Shown one piece after another: positions 40,841 to 51,065 of a stretch of 64,000 bases of DNA (positions are counted from its first letter, which is position 1; each line of letters starts with the position of its first letter). Position numbers and translations under genes: made by a program. This stretch comes from an uncultured Nitrospiraceae bacterium. GTDB taxonomy: Bacteria > Nitrospirota > Thermodesulfovibrionia > Thermodesulfovibrionales > SM23-35. The notes under the pieces are model-generated. The model did no database searches. It had not been told where the DNA came from and saw only the letters and a list, made by a program, of their open reading frames with translations. Location of the stretch: contig CAVSHB010000001.1 in NCBI GenBank assembly GCA_963727775.1, forward strand, positions 32,001-96,000, read 5' to 3'.

Positions 40841-41272
40841 ATGCCGCTGGTGACGTATATCTTATTGGCTATCGCCATATTTGCACAGGCTGCCGGAAAC
40901 GTTTTCCTCAGTAAAGGGATGAAACAAATAGCCTCGGTCAGTCGGATTATCGACGTCAATTTCTTTGCGCTTTTCTCAGAGGTCGTTAACAGCCCGTCTA
41001 TCTGGGCAGGGACTTGTCTGTTGATCATTTTCTTCTTTCTTTTTCTTACAGTCCTCTCCCGCGCAGAGTTGAGTTTTGTCCTGCCGGTTATCTCGATCGA
41101 AATTGTTGTAAACGTTGCTTTTGCCGGATATTTTTTAAACGAGCCGGTATCTTTAATAAGATGGATAGGAGCTGTTCTTATCTCCATGGGGGTCATCCTT
41201 GTTATGAGGTCCGGACAGAAGCCGACGGGCACGGAATGTGACGCAAAGACCCCGGGAGTTCGGGGCGGATGA
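40841..41272 (+). CDS. EamA/SMR-like small transporter
   Basis: Four TM helices, LSRAELSFVLP, LNEPVS..RW. Confidence 0.8.
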   Translation: MPLVTYILLAIAIFAQAAGNVFLSKGMKQIASVSRIIDVNFFALFSEVVNSPSIWAGTCLLIIFFFLFLTVLSRAELSFVLPVISIEIVVNVAFAGYFLNEPVSLIRWIGAVLISMGVILVMRSGQKPTGTECDAKTPGVRGG

Positions 41273-41634
41273 AGACATTCATAATCATAGCGATTATGGT
41301 GCTTGCCGATTCAGCCGGCGATGTCCTCCTCACGAGAGGTATGAAGCAAGTCGGAGAGATTTCAACAATAAAACCAAAGGAGCTTCTGGCGATTGCGCGG
41401 AGGGTGCTCTGCAACCGGAGTTTTCTTTGCGCCATTTTTTTTATGGCAATAACTTTTTTTTTATTCCTGGCCGCTTTGTCCCAGGCTGATTTGAGTTTCG
41501 TTTTTCCGGCAACCGCGTTGGTTTATGTTATCGGCACTTTCGGGGCAAAGTTTTTTCTGGGTGAAAGGGTCACTTCAAAGCGCTGGGCTGGAACACTCTT
41601 GGTTTGTTTAGGTGTTGCTTTGACCTCTTTGTAA
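41269..41634 (+). CDS. EamA/SMR-like small transporter
   Basis: Paralogue of the upstream gene: ADLSFVFP, LGERVT.KRW. Confidence 0.8.
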   Translation: MKTFIIIAIMVLADSAGDVLLTRGMKQVGEISTIKPKELLAIARRVLCNRSFLCAIFFMAITFFLFLAALSQADLSFVFPATALVYVIGTFGAKFFLGERVTSKRWAGTLLVCLGVALTSL

Positions 41635-41642
41635 CAGGCTTT

Positions 41643-42815
41643 TTACGGTTTCTGCTCCCTGGATATGAGGCGTCCGTCCCTGGTCAGAATAAACTCGGAA
41701 CCTCGCCAGAGAACGTTCTTTTTGGTGAAAGATAAAAACCAGGAAAGAAGTCCGGCTACGTCTCTGAGCGGGAGAAGCCATAGACCTTTTGACCCCTCAC
41801 GGTCCCGGAGTCCCCACAACATAATTGCTGCTGCTGTTGCCAGGCGAATTCCAAGGGCACAGGCCAGGACTGAAAGTCCGACAGCATCTCCGGTACGGGC
41901 CGCAGAAAGAAAAATTGCGAAAGGTACGGATCGTGTCAGTACACTGGCGAAAAAACCCGCAGGCTGTGCCGCGCGCGTGTTTTGGTCCCAATAAACCTGA
42001 TGGTTCCACCACTGTAAAAAGCTCTTAAAATCTACCACTATATCGATGAAGTAGGGAACGATGGCCAGTTGCTTTCCTGAGGACCAAATGCGACGGCCCA
42101 TCTCATAATCTTCGACCAGATAATCTGCCAAAGATTCCATGCCGCCGATTTCATTCAGGGTAGAACGCCTTATTGCTAGTGAGGCGCCAAGACAGAATCT
42201 TGAAGTCCGGCTGACATGGGCAAAGACCACGCTGGGTATAAAATCGGCATTGAAAGTCAGCAACTCCAATTTCTCAAACCAGCGGTCTGCACAAACAGCT
42301 CTGTAAAGGGTGCATGCTCCTCCCACCTCAGGATCTGCAAAAGGCGAAATGATGGCTTTCAGATAATCCGGTTTCAGCAATACATCGCTGTCGCTGATCA
42401 CCAGGATATCATTCCGCGCAAAAGGCAATGCCCCGAGCATGTTATTGATCTTCTTGTTGGCGCCGGCCTGAACATTTTCGATTGCAACAGAGACTTTCTC
42501 AGCGCCGAACTCCAGCTGGATTTCCTTAAGGAGAGGGATGACCGGATCGTTCGTGTCCTGAACCGAAAAAACAACCTGAAATTCCGGATAATCCTGCAGG
42601 CAGGCGCTTCTCAGGCTTGCTCTCTGATTTTTTTCAAGACCGCATACCGGTTTAAGCATTGTCACAGGCGGCCATTCGGAAACAAAGGGTTGCGCAGTAA
42701 TTACCGGCTGGTTACGGAAGCGCAATACTGCAAGCAGGCATAAAAATGCAAAGACAGATCCGCCGATCACGGGTATTAAACATATCCACTGCAAAAAGGA
42801 CAGAAAAAATTCCAT
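41643..42815 (-). CDS. hpnI: GT2 glycosyltransferase, HpnI / ceramide glucosyltransferase type
   Basis: LKPVCG, QDYP, ISDSD, LADYLVEDYEMG, WRG. Confidence 0.85.
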   Translation of the reverse strand: MEFFLSFLQWICLIPVIGGSVFAFLCLLAVLRFRNQPVITAQPFVSEWPPVTMLKPVCGLEKNQRASLRSACLQDYPEFQVVFSVQDTNDPVIPLLKEIQLEFGAEKVSVAIENVQAGANKKINNMLGALPFARNDILVISDSDVLLKPDYLKAIISPFADPEVGGACTLYRAVCADRWFEKLELLTFNADFIPSVVFAHVSRTSRFCLGASLAIRRSTLNEIGGMESLADYLVEDYEMGRRIWSSGKQLAIVPYFIDIVVDFKSFLQWWNHQVYWDQNTRAAQPAGFFASVLTRSVPFAIFLSAARTGDAVGLSVLACALGIRLATAAAIMLWGLRDREGSKGLWLLPLRDVAGLLSWFLSFTKKNVLWRGSEFILTRDGRLISREQKP

Positions 42816-42838
42816 AACTATCAGTTATCCTTTTCCGG

Positions 42839-43021
42839 TCATTTTACGTAAATCTTTTCCCCGCCGGACAACGCTCCATCCATCCCGATCTCATTTCCCC
42901 ATTCATCAAATACACGCTTTAATGTTTCCATTTCTTTAAGAAGTCCTGCGTGTATTAGGGCATGTTTGACGGTCATTCCCGGTAATATATCAACTGGAAT
43001 ATCATTTATATAAACTATCAT
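42839..43021 (-). CDS. Small ThiS-like beta-grasp protein (no C-terminal GG)
   Basis: MIVYIND...PGMTVKHAL pattern, 60 aa. Confidence 0.5.
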   Translation of the reverse strand: MIVYINDIPVDILPGMTVKHALIHAGLLKEMETLKRVFDEWGNEIGMDGALSGGEKIYVK

Positions 43022-43071
43022 AATCAGCCCCGATCAACCCGAAAAATGTATTCCTTGAACCATATTAGCCC

Positions 43072-43202
43072 ACACTATTCATAAGATTGCCGACAGATGC
43101 AGTATTTAAGCGGCTTTAAATTCTTTCGAAGAAAGAATTTGCCTCGGAGGTCCCGAAAGCATTCGGGACCGAGAATGAGCGTAAATACTGTATTTGTCGG
43201 TA
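43072..43202 (+). repeat. Structured intergenic repeat, copy 1
   Basis: Inverted copy of 50937-51062; long outer stem enclosing two hairpins. Confidence 0.9.
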
Positions 43203-43228
43203 TCCATATATTTTATCAATTAAGTGGG

Positions 43229-44767
43229 TCACTGAACTTGCACAATCCTGCCTTCGACGGCGGGAGCTATTTTCTTTTTGTCTTTTATATATTCGATAAC
43301 CACATCTCTTACCCACTTGCCGGAATCGTTGTACGCAAGTTTTTCACCTTTCAACGCGCCGCCCGTGATTGAGAAATTCTTTGACGATTTTAGGGCTTCT
43401 CCGAACATCTTATATCCGTCACCTCCTGCGGCAAGGAAATCATTGGTTGCGACAACATATTCCCTGTCAGGTTCCACCGGCCTTCCGGCAATAAAGATAT
43501 CCCTGATCTTTGGTCCCGCATTTACTGAACGGCTGTAGGTAAATGAAAGGCCTGATACCTGCGGAAACCTTCCCGCCCTTTCTTCTATCGCAGATATCCC
43601 GTACTCCAATGCTTCACGAATCTTTGCGCCGGTAAGTCTGATAGCGACTATGTAATTATCAAAAGGCAAAACCGTATATACGTCCTTCATTTTTATATCA
43701 CCTTTATTGATGCCCGATCTTATGCCGCCTCCGTTTATTATGGCCACATCAGCACCCGCAACTTTTCTCATGATATCGGCAACAAGGTCACCGAGATTTG
43801 TCTCTTGCTTCCTCACGTTCTCCCCGTCAAGGTCAACTCCGGCCTCTCCTATCGGTTGATTCATAGCAGTGTCGATTCTTGAGTTGTATTTTTCAACTAT
43901 CTCCCGCACATCCTTATCTTCCTTCCCAGTCTCAGGTTTGATCTCAACGAGATGACCGTAGTGTTTTATGATCTTTCCGTCTTCTAAGGTGAGGTCCAAG
44001 ACACCCAATGCTTTAGCGTGCTCCCATGCCTGAACGATAATTGTATTACCGATCATCACCGGGGAAAGGATCTCTGTATGAGAATGCCCGCCGACAATAA
44101 CGTCAATCCCTTTTACCTTTTCCGCCAAGGCCCTGTCGGCATGATATCCGATATGGGAAAGAACAATGATGATATCGACCTTGCCTTTTAACTCTTCGAT
44201 GTATTTTTTTACAGTCGCCGCAGGAGAATTGAATTTCAGCCCGGCCACATTCTTTGGATGGGTTGATACCGGAGTTTCATCCGTCACAACGCCGATTATC
44301 CCGACTTTGATACCCGCTATTTCCTTTATAACGTAAGGCTTGAGAGCATCAATACCTTCAACATCGGCGCCGAGCACCGGGAATACGGCTTCAGAAATTC
44401 TTTTCTTCAGAACGCTCTGGCCAAAATCAAATTCGTGGTTCCCCACAACCATGGCGTCAAATCTCATCTTGTTCATTATCTCGATGACCGATTCACCCTG
44501 AAAAAGATTTGCCCAGTTATTTCCCTGAATCATGTCTCCTGCTGCAAGCAGTAATGACGGACGCCCATTGCGGAGTTCATTCACTTCTGAAGAAAGATAA
44601 GCAATGCCGCCGAGCATTTTATCCGAGCCAAGCGGTTTATACGGCTCAGCAAAACCGTGGAAATCATTTACGTACAGAATGCGGATGACCGTCTGTTTAG
44701 CATAGGCAAAAGTAACGGATAGAAAAAATATAACAAGTGCGCAGCAAAATCTGTTCAGCTTCTTCAC
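43229..44767 (-). CDS. Exported 5'-nucleotidase / UDP-sugar hydrolase
   Basis: NDFHG, AGD, GNHEFDFG, GGHSH, NGGGIR, FPQVSG. Confidence 0.92.
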   Translation of the reverse strand: MKKLNRFCCALVIFFLSVTFAYAKQTVIRILYVNDFHGFAEPYKPLGSDKMLGGIAYLSSEVNELRNGRPSLLLAAGDMIQGNNWANLFQGESVIEIMNKMRFDAMVVGNHEFDFGQSVLKKRISEAVFPVLGADVEGIDALKPYVIKEIAGIKVGIIGVVTDETPVSTHPKNVAGLKFNSPAATVKKYIEELKGKVDIIIVLSHIGYHADRALAEKVKGIDVIVGGHSHTEILSPVMIGNTIIVQAWEHAKALGVLDLTLEDGKIIKHYGHLVEIKPETGKEDKDVREIVEKYNSRIDTAMNQPIGEAGVDLDGENVRKQETNLGDLVADIMRKVAGADVAIINGGGIRSGINKGDIKMKDVYTVLPFDNYIVAIRLTGAKIREALEYGISAIEERAGRFPQVSGLSFTYSRSVNAGPKIRDIFIAGRPVEPDREYVVATNDFLAAGGDGYKMFGEALKSSKNFSITGGALKGEKLAYNDSGKWVRDVVIEYIKDKKKIAPAVEGRIVQVQ

Positions 44768-44950
44768 GACGGCCTCCGGAGAAAATATTGGTTTATACGA
44801 TTATACAGCATAGAGAGTTCTAACTTTTAGGCAAAATCATTTCGGTTATGGGCTGATAGTAAAGGCTGAATAAAGGGTTGTAATATCGCATGTTGTATTC
44901 TGTCCATTTCAGTTAAAATAGTGTATATTCAATACTGAAAGGGGGTTGAT

Positions 44951-45166
44951 ATGGATACCGTTCTTAAAGATAAGAAGGTCGGCGACATGACTATCGGAGA
45001 GCTACAGGACATTATCAGGAAGACGCTCAATGAATTTCTGGATCCTGACTATGGCCTTGAGCTGAGACCGGAGGTAGAAAAAGACCTTGACGAGTCCTTA
45101 AGACAGAAAGAAAGAGGAGAGGTATTCCCTCTTGAAGAAGTAAAGAAGCAATTAGGCATTGACTAG
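44951..45166 (+). CDS. Putative type II antitoxin-like protein
   Basis: 71-aa acidic protein, DPDYGLELRPEV...LEEVKKQLG; no toxin ORF follows. Confidence 0.55.
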   Translation: MDTVLKDKKVGDMTIGELQDIIRKTLNEFLDPDYGLELRPEVEKDLDESLRQKERGEVFPLEEVKKQLGID

Positions 45167-45487
45167 TGTCCCCCTGCACATTATCCTCGAAAGCTTTCGG
45201 GTCAAAGTGCATCCCCTCTGCTTCCTTAATCCCCTCCCTGAATAAAATATCCTGAAAGCAAACTTATTAGCTAAAATATTTGCTTTTAAGCAAATTCACC
45301 AGCCTGTCCCCACAGCTTCTCTACTTCAAGGAAAGGCTCTCAATCCCATATATATCAGGTTGTAAAGAAGACTGCTACAGACAGGCTTGAGATAGTAATA
45401 AGAATCGTCTTAGCCGGAAAATTTCTTACAGGGCTTATTTAAAATGAGACCTCTGAGAAAATCAAATGTGTAACCTCTTGATTTAAA

Positions 45488-45565
45488 TGGCGTCCCCAAC
45501 GGGATTTGAACCCGTGTTACCGCCTTGAAAGGGCGATGTCCTAGGCCGGGCTAGACGATAGGGAC
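45488..45565 (-). tRNA. tRNA-Glu(TTC)
   Basis: Reverse complement GTCCCTATCG...CTTTCAA...GGTTCAAATCC...GGGGACGCCA cloverleaf with encoded CCA. Confidence 0.96.
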
Positions 45566-45569
45566 GCAT

Positions 45570-45645
45570 TGGTGAGCCGCGTTGGATTCGAACCAACGAC
45601 CCACGCCTTAAAAGGGCGTTGCTCTACCAACTGAGCTAGCGGCCC
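45570..45645 (-). tRNA. tRNA-Lys(TTT)
   Basis: Reverse complement GGGCCGCTAGCTCAGTTGGTAGAGC...CTTTTAA...GGTTCGAATCC...CACCA. Confidence 0.96.
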
Positions 45646-45681
45646 TGAGCTATATAATTTACCTTTTAACCGGTTTTCTTG

Positions 45682-47625
45682 TCAAATATTCTTGATCTGC
45701 TTTTTTGTATTAGGCAGCAGACCACCGGAAAGGATAATCTCTTTTTCTCGCTCGTTGAGATTGGAAGATGCCCCGAAAGAATAATTCTTTGTCTCGTTGT
45801 ATAGTGTATAAGACTGATTTTCTTTTAGTGACTCTTTCACGTCTTTTATAAGAACTCTATCACCTTTTTCCACTTTTTCATAATCCTCCGCCTTTGCGAA
45901 AAGCAGAGGTATAATGCCGAAATTTATCAGGTTCGACCTGTGTATCCGGGCAAAGGACTTAGCTATTACCGCCTGGATGCCGAGATACATCGGGGCCAAT
46001 GCTGCGTGTTCTCTCGACGAGCCCTGGCCGTAATTTTCACCTCCGACGATAATCCCGCCCCCGCTCAATTTTGCATCTTTAGCCCTTTTGCTGAATGTGT
46101 TGTCGATATTGGAAAATACGTACTCGGATATGGCGGGAATATTAGAGCGCAACGGAAGGATCGAGGAGCCTGCCGGCATGATATCGTCTGTCGTTATATT
46201 ATCACCTAATTTCAAGAGGACATCGGCTTCTACTTTTTCGCCCAAAGGTTCTTTGACCGGAACCTCTTTTATATTCGGCCCTTTGATAACCTTTGTTTCA
46301 AGGGTATCGGGCTTTACAAGCATATTATCATTAATATTGTAATGCGAAGGTTCTTTGGGTACCTCGACATGAAACCCTGAACTGCGCGTGTCAAATATCT
46401 CACCCTTTAGGGCAAAGGCGGCACACGATATCGGGCTTGCGAGATACACAAAGGCGTCCTTGTTCCCGCTCCTTCCTTTAAAATTCCTGTTGTATGATCT
46501 CACCGATATCTGCCCGGTACCCGGAGTGCCTCCCATACCGATGCAGGGGCCGCAGGAGGTTTCGAGCATTCTTGCACCGGCTGCGATCATGTCCGCTATT
46601 AACCCCTTGCGGGAAAGCATCTCATATACCTGCTTCGACCCCGGGTTTATGAGAAGGCTTACACCTTCTGCAACCGAATTGCCCTTTAATAATGAAGCAA
46701 CCGCCGCCATTATCTGATATGACGAATTAGTGCAACTCCCTATGCAAGCCTGATCTATCTTTGTTCCGGCGAGTTCCCTTACCGGCACAACGTTATCCGG
46801 GCTGTGCGGCTGTGCTATCATCGGTTCGATCTCATTTAGATCAATCTCGATAATATCGAAATATTCCGCGTTCTTATCCGCATGAAGCTCGACCCAGTCT
46901 GATTCCCTGCCCTGGGACTTTAAGAAATTCCTTGTCCTTTTATCACTCGGGAATATCGAGGTTGTAGCGCCGACCTCCGCGCCCATGTTTGTGATCGTCG
47001 CCCTTTCCGTCACGCTCAAATCTTTTACGCCGTGTCCGCCGTATTCGAATATTTTCCCGACTCCTCCCTTAACTGTGAGCCTTTGCAGGATTGTCAGGAT
47101 CACATCCATTGCTGTGGCCCATGGTCTGTTTAGCGCTCCTGTGAGTTTAACGAGAACAACCTTCGGCATATTGAGTTCAAAGGCCGCTCCGGCCATAACA
47201 GTTGCAGCATCAAGCCCCCCGACTCCCACAGCTATCATTCCAATGCCTCCGCCTGTCGGCGTATGGCTGTCAGTTCCCAAAGCTATCTTACCCGGCGTTG
47301 CGAAGCGTTCGAGATGTATCTGATGGCTTATGCCGTTGCCGGGCCTTGAAAAGTATGCGCCATATCTTGCTGCAATTGTTTGCAGGAAGCGATGGTCGTC
47401 GGAATTCATGAAATTCGACTGGATCATATTATGGTCTACATAAGAAACAGCCAACGGCACTTTTACCCTATCGATTCCGATTGCTTCAAACTGAAGCCAG
47501 GTCATTGTGCCGGTTGCGTCTTGCGTATATACTTGATCAATCTTTAACCCGACCGGTGTATCTGTTTCGAGATTGCCATAGACCTTATGTGACTCAAATA
47601 TTTTTTCTACAATGTTCTTGCCCAA
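45682..47625 (-). CDS. Aconitate hydratase
   Basis: QDATGT, GTDSHT, IGSCTN, CGPCIG, NRNF, NYGQGSSREHA. Confidence 0.92.
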   Translation of the reverse strand: MGKNIVEKIFESHKVYGNLETDTPVGLKIDQVYTQDATGTMTWLQFEAIGIDRVKVPLAVSYVDHNMIQSNFMNSDDHRFLQTIAARYGAYFSRPGNGISHQIHLERFATPGKIALGTDSHTPTGGGIGMIAVGVGGLDAATVMAGAAFELNMPKVVLVKLTGALNRPWATAMDVILTILQRLTVKGGVGKIFEYGGHGVKDLSVTERATITNMGAEVGATTSIFPSDKRTRNFLKSQGRESDWVELHADKNAEYFDIIEIDLNEIEPMIAQPHSPDNVVPVRELAGTKIDQACIGSCTNSSYQIMAAVASLLKGNSVAEGVSLLINPGSKQVYEMLSRKGLIADMIAAGARMLETSCGPCIGMGGTPGTGQISVRSYNRNFKGRSGNKDAFVYLASPISCAAFALKGEIFDTRSSGFHVEVPKEPSHYNINDNMLVKPDTLETKVIKGPNIKEVPVKEPLGEKVEADVLLKLGDNITTDDIMPAGSSILPLRSNIPAISEYVFSNIDNTFSKRAKDAKLSGGGIIVGGENYGQGSSREHAALAPMYLGIQAVIAKSFARIHRSNLINFGIIPLLFAKAEDYEKVEKGDRVLIKDVKESLKENQSYTLYNETKNYSFGASSNLNEREKEIILSGGLLPNTKKQIKNI

Positions 47626-47768
47626 CGCTACCTCCGGTATATAAATTTCCTATATAAAAATTTAACATATACAATGTGATGAAATCCAAATCAGGCTTCA
47701 TAACCCTTGAGATAATAAGAAAATAGGTTTAAAATATCAAATTAAAAATTATCACATGGAGATCTCCA

Positions 47769-49028
47769 ATGCATTTGTTCAGATACCGGTCAGGCGAATT
47801 ATACGCTGAAGATGTGCCTGTCAGAAAACTCGCTGAAAAATACGGGACCCCTTTGTATATCTATAGCTGCAATACTCTTCTGAGACATTTCAGGGCGTAT
47901 GACGACGCCTTTAACGGCTATCCGCACCTTATATGTTTTGCCGTTAAATCAAACTCAAATATTTCTTTTCTCAGGTTGTTTGCAAAAAACGGCGGCGGCG
48001 CGGACATTGTTTCAGGCGGTGAACTATACATTGCCTTAAAGGCCGGTGTCGCGGCAAATAAAATAGTATATGCCGGTGTGGGAAAAACAGAAGAAGAAAT
48101 AAGGTTTGCGCTGAGATCAAAGATACTCATGTTCAATGTTGAATCAGAAGACGAGCTCAGAGAAATTGACAAGGTTGCCGGAACGATGAAGAAAAAGGCC
48201 CCGATCGCCCTGAGGATTAATCCTGATATTGATCCCGGCACCCATCCTTATATAACAACTGGACTTAACAAATATAAATTTGGAATACCTATCGATGCGG
48301 CATTAGAATATTACAGGCTTGCAGCGCGTCTGAAGAATATAACTATTGTCGGGGTGCACAAGCATATCGGTTCACAGATAACAAAGGTGTCTCCTTTTGT
48401 CGATGCGCTGCGAAGGGTGCTTATCCTGATAGATGAGCTGAATGTCCGCGGAATGCGGATAAAATACCTCGATATCGGAGGCGGGCTCGGCATCTCTTAC
48501 AAGGACGAAGAGCCTCCCGTACCTGAGGACCTGGCAAGAAATCTTATACCTTTACTCGAAGGTAGAAAACTTACACTGATTATGGAGCCGGGCAGGTCCA
48601 TCGCAGGCAATGCCGGAATACTTGTCACGAAGACCCTCTATCTTAAGAAAGGCGCAGAGAAGGAATTCGTTATTGTGGATGCAGGTATGAATGACCTGAT
48701 TAGGCCGTCTCTCTATGATGCGTATCACCATATCCTCCCCGTCGTAAGGAAAAAAAGAGATTCAGTCCTGTGTGACGTTGTCGGACCGATATGTGAATCA
48801 GGCGATTTTCTTGCTAAAGGAAGAGAACTCAACAGGGTGAAGCGTGGAGAATATCTTGCTGTTATGAGTGCGGGGGCATATGGATTTTCCATGAGTTCAA
48901 ACTATAACAGCCGTCCGAGGGCAGCCGAGGTCCTTGTAAACGGTAAGGAACATTTCTTGATAAGAAAGCGTGAGTCATATGAGGACCTTGTCAGAAATGA
49001 GCAGTTCCCAAAGTTTTTTTTGAAATGA
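47769..49028 (+). CDS. lysA: Diaminopimelate decarboxylase
   Basis: FAVKSN, HIGSQ, EPGR, GPICESGD, GAYG, YNSR. Confidence 0.96.
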   Translation: MHLFRYRSGELYAEDVPVRKLAEKYGTPLYIYSCNTLLRHFRAYDDAFNGYPHLICFAVKSNSNISFLRLFAKNGGGADIVSGGELYIALKAGVAANKIVYAGVGKTEEEIRFALRSKILMFNVESEDELREIDKVAGTMKKKAPIALRINPDIDPGTHPYITTGLNKYKFGIPIDAALEYYRLAARLKNITIVGVHKHIGSQITKVSPFVDALRRVLILIDELNVRGMRIKYLDIGGGLGISYKDEEPPVPEDLARNLIPLLEGRKLTLIMEPGRSIAGNAGILVTKTLYLKKGAEKEFVIVDAGMNDLIRPSLYDAYHHILPVVRKKRDSVLCDVVGPICESGDFLAKGRELNRVKRGEYLAVMSAGAYGFSMSSNYNSRPRAAEVLVNGKEHFLIRKRESYEDLVRNEQFPKFFLK

Positions 49029-49046
49029 CGGCGCAGGGAGAAGTAA

Positions 49047-49889
49047 TTGAGAATCCATTTCACAAAGATGCACGGTATCGGCAATGACTTCGTTCTCGTT
49101 GATTGCATAGAACAAGCCTGCCCTGCGGACGGAAAAGATCTGACGGGTTTAAGCGGGCGGGTATGCCATAGAAGGGTCGGTATAGGCGCCGATCAGATTC
49201 TGCTTCTCTATCCCTCAAGTATTGCGGACTTTAAGATGAGAATTTTCAATGCGGACGGCAGCGAGGTCGAGATGTGCGGAAACGGGGTCCGTTGTCTTGC
49301 AAAATACATTTGGGACAGTAATCTTTCCGGGAAAACTGTTCTTGACATAGAGACACTTGCCGGAATTATCAAACCGGAAAAAGTGGGTGAGATGGTTAAA
49401 GTTGATATGGGGGAGCCTGTCTTTGAACCGGAAAAAATACCGGTAAATCTCAAACCCCAAATTTCAAACGGTATTATCGATTATCCTCTTCGAATCGCTG
49501 ACAGGGACTTTAAAATTACGTGTGTGTCGATGGGGAACCCGCATGCGATTATTGTTGTTGAAGATGTTTCTACTTTCCCTGTGTCCTATTATGGGCCTAT
49601 GATAGAAACCCATCCGATTTTTCCTAAGAGAACGAATGTAGAATTCATTCAGGTGCTTACGGTTGACGCAATAAAAATGCGTGTGTGGGAGCGGGGCTCC
49701 GGCGAGACAATGTCCTGTGGGACCGGTGCGTCTGCAGCCGCAGTCGCGGCAAGGATTAAGGGTCTTACGGACAAGGCCGTGACGATTCAACTCCCTGGCG
49801 GCGATCTTTTTATTGAATGGGCCGAAAATAACCATGTCTATATGACAGGGCCTGCTGTGAAAGTATTTGAAGGGACCTTCGATTTCTGA
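49047..49889 (+). CDS. dapF: Diaminopimelate epimerase
   Basis: KMHGIGNDF, EMCGNG, GNPH, ERGSGETMSCGTG. Confidence 0.96.
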   Translation: MRIHFTKMHGIGNDFVLVDCIEQACPADGKDLTGLSGRVCHRRVGIGADQILLLYPSSIADFKMRIFNADGSEVEMCGNGVRCLAKYIWDSNLSGKTVLDIETLAGIIKPEKVGEMVKVDMGEPVFEPEKIPVNLKPQISNGIIDYPLRIADRDFKITCVSMGNPHAIIVVEDVSTFPVSYYGPMIETHPIFPKRTNVEFIQVLTVDAIKMRVWERGSGETMSCGTGASAAAVAARIKGLTDKAVTIQLPGGDLFIEWAENNHVYMTGPAVKVFEGTFDF

Positions 49890-50012
49890 AAGGCGACGGG
49901 CAGCCACGGAAAATATGCAGATAAGCGCCAAAGAAGATTTTTAATTAAAAAAATATTATGATAATACCGGATAGGGGGAAACTTTGTATGAACCCTGAAA
50001 AAGGAGGCAGCT

Positions 50013-50885
50013 ATGTATAAAGGTTCGATCGTTGCAATAGTCACGCCTTTCAAGAAAGGAAAGGTTGATGAAAGGGCTCTCGGGGATCTTATAGAGTGGC
50101 ACATTGCCGAGGGCACAAATGCCATAGTCCCGTGCGGAACAACCGGCGAATCGGCAACTCTCGATTATAAAGAACATTATCGTGTTATCAGTTTCACGGT
50201 AAAAGCAGTGAACAAACGGGTCCCTGTTATCGCAGGCACCGGGGCGAACTCTACCGACGAAACCATAGAGATTACGCAGCACGCAAAGAAATCCGGCGCA
50301 GATGCGGCCCTGCTCGTAACGCCGTATTACAATAAACCGACCCAGGAAGGTCTCTACAGGCACTACAAAACTATTGCTGAAAAAGTTGATATCCCGATAG
50401 TCCTCTATAATGTCCCCGGAAGGACCGCTGTCAACATGCTCCCTGCTACTGTGGCGCGTCTTGCCGAGATCAAGAATATTGTTGCATTAAAAGAAGCGAC
50501 GGGTGACATGAAACAGGCGAGCGAAGTGATCAGGCTCTGCGGGGACAGGATAACCGTTCTATCAGGAGATGACTTTACGACTCTGCCCCTCCTTGCCCTC
50601 GGAGGGAAAGGCACGATTTCTGTTACCGCAAACGTTGCCCCAAAAGCTGTCTCCCAGATGTGTTCCTGGTGGCTGAAGGGACAGTTTGATAAGGCGAGGG
50701 CGTTGCATTTTAAGCTCGAACCTTTGAATGCGGCGATGTTTATTGAGACAAACCCGATACCCGTTAAGACGGCTTTGGCGATGATGGGTAAAATCCAGGA
50801 AGAATTCAGGCTACCGCTCTGTGAGATGGCGGCTGCGAATAAGGAAAAACTGAGGAAGGTGCTCGCTGATCTGAAGATGATTTAA
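50013..50885 (+). CDS. dapA: 4-hydroxy-tetrahydrodipicolinate synthase
   Basis: GTTGES, PYYNKP, YNVPGRT, KEATG. Confidence 0.97.
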   Translation: MYKGSIVAIVTPFKKGKVDERALGDLIEWHIAEGTNAIVPCGTTGESATLDYKEHYRVISFTVKAVNKRVPVIAGTGANSTDETIEITQHAKKSGADAALLVTPYYNKPTQEGLYRHYKTIAEKVDIPIVLYNVPGRTAVNMLPATVARLAEIKNIVALKEATGDMKQASEVIRLCGDRITVLSGDDFTTLPLLALGGKGTISVTANVAPKAVSQMCSWWLKGQFDKARALHFKLEPLNAAMFIETNPIPVKTALAMMGKIQEEFRLPLCEMAAANKEKLRKVLADLKMI

Positions 50886-50936
50886 AGCCGAAAAATATTT
50901 GATCAGCCCGAAAACTTTCAATTAGAAAAATGCGTG

Positions 50937-51062
50937 TGCCGACAAATACAGTATTTGCGCTCATTCTCGGTCCCGAATGCTTTCGGGACCTCCGAGGGTT
51001 TCGCTTATCAGCGAAACAAACCGCTTAAATACTGTATCTGTCGGCAATCTTATGAATAGTGT
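50937..51062 (-). repeat. Structured intergenic repeat, copy 2
   Basis: Reverse complement matches 43072-43202 except for the first inner hairpin; abuts the bioD stop codon. Confidence 0.9.
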
Positions 51063-51065
51063 AGG

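Noticed and set aside
45184..45203. CCTCGAAAGCTTTCGGG as a third copy of the structured repeat
   Set aside because: Resembles only the small inner hairpin; leader and outer stem are absent
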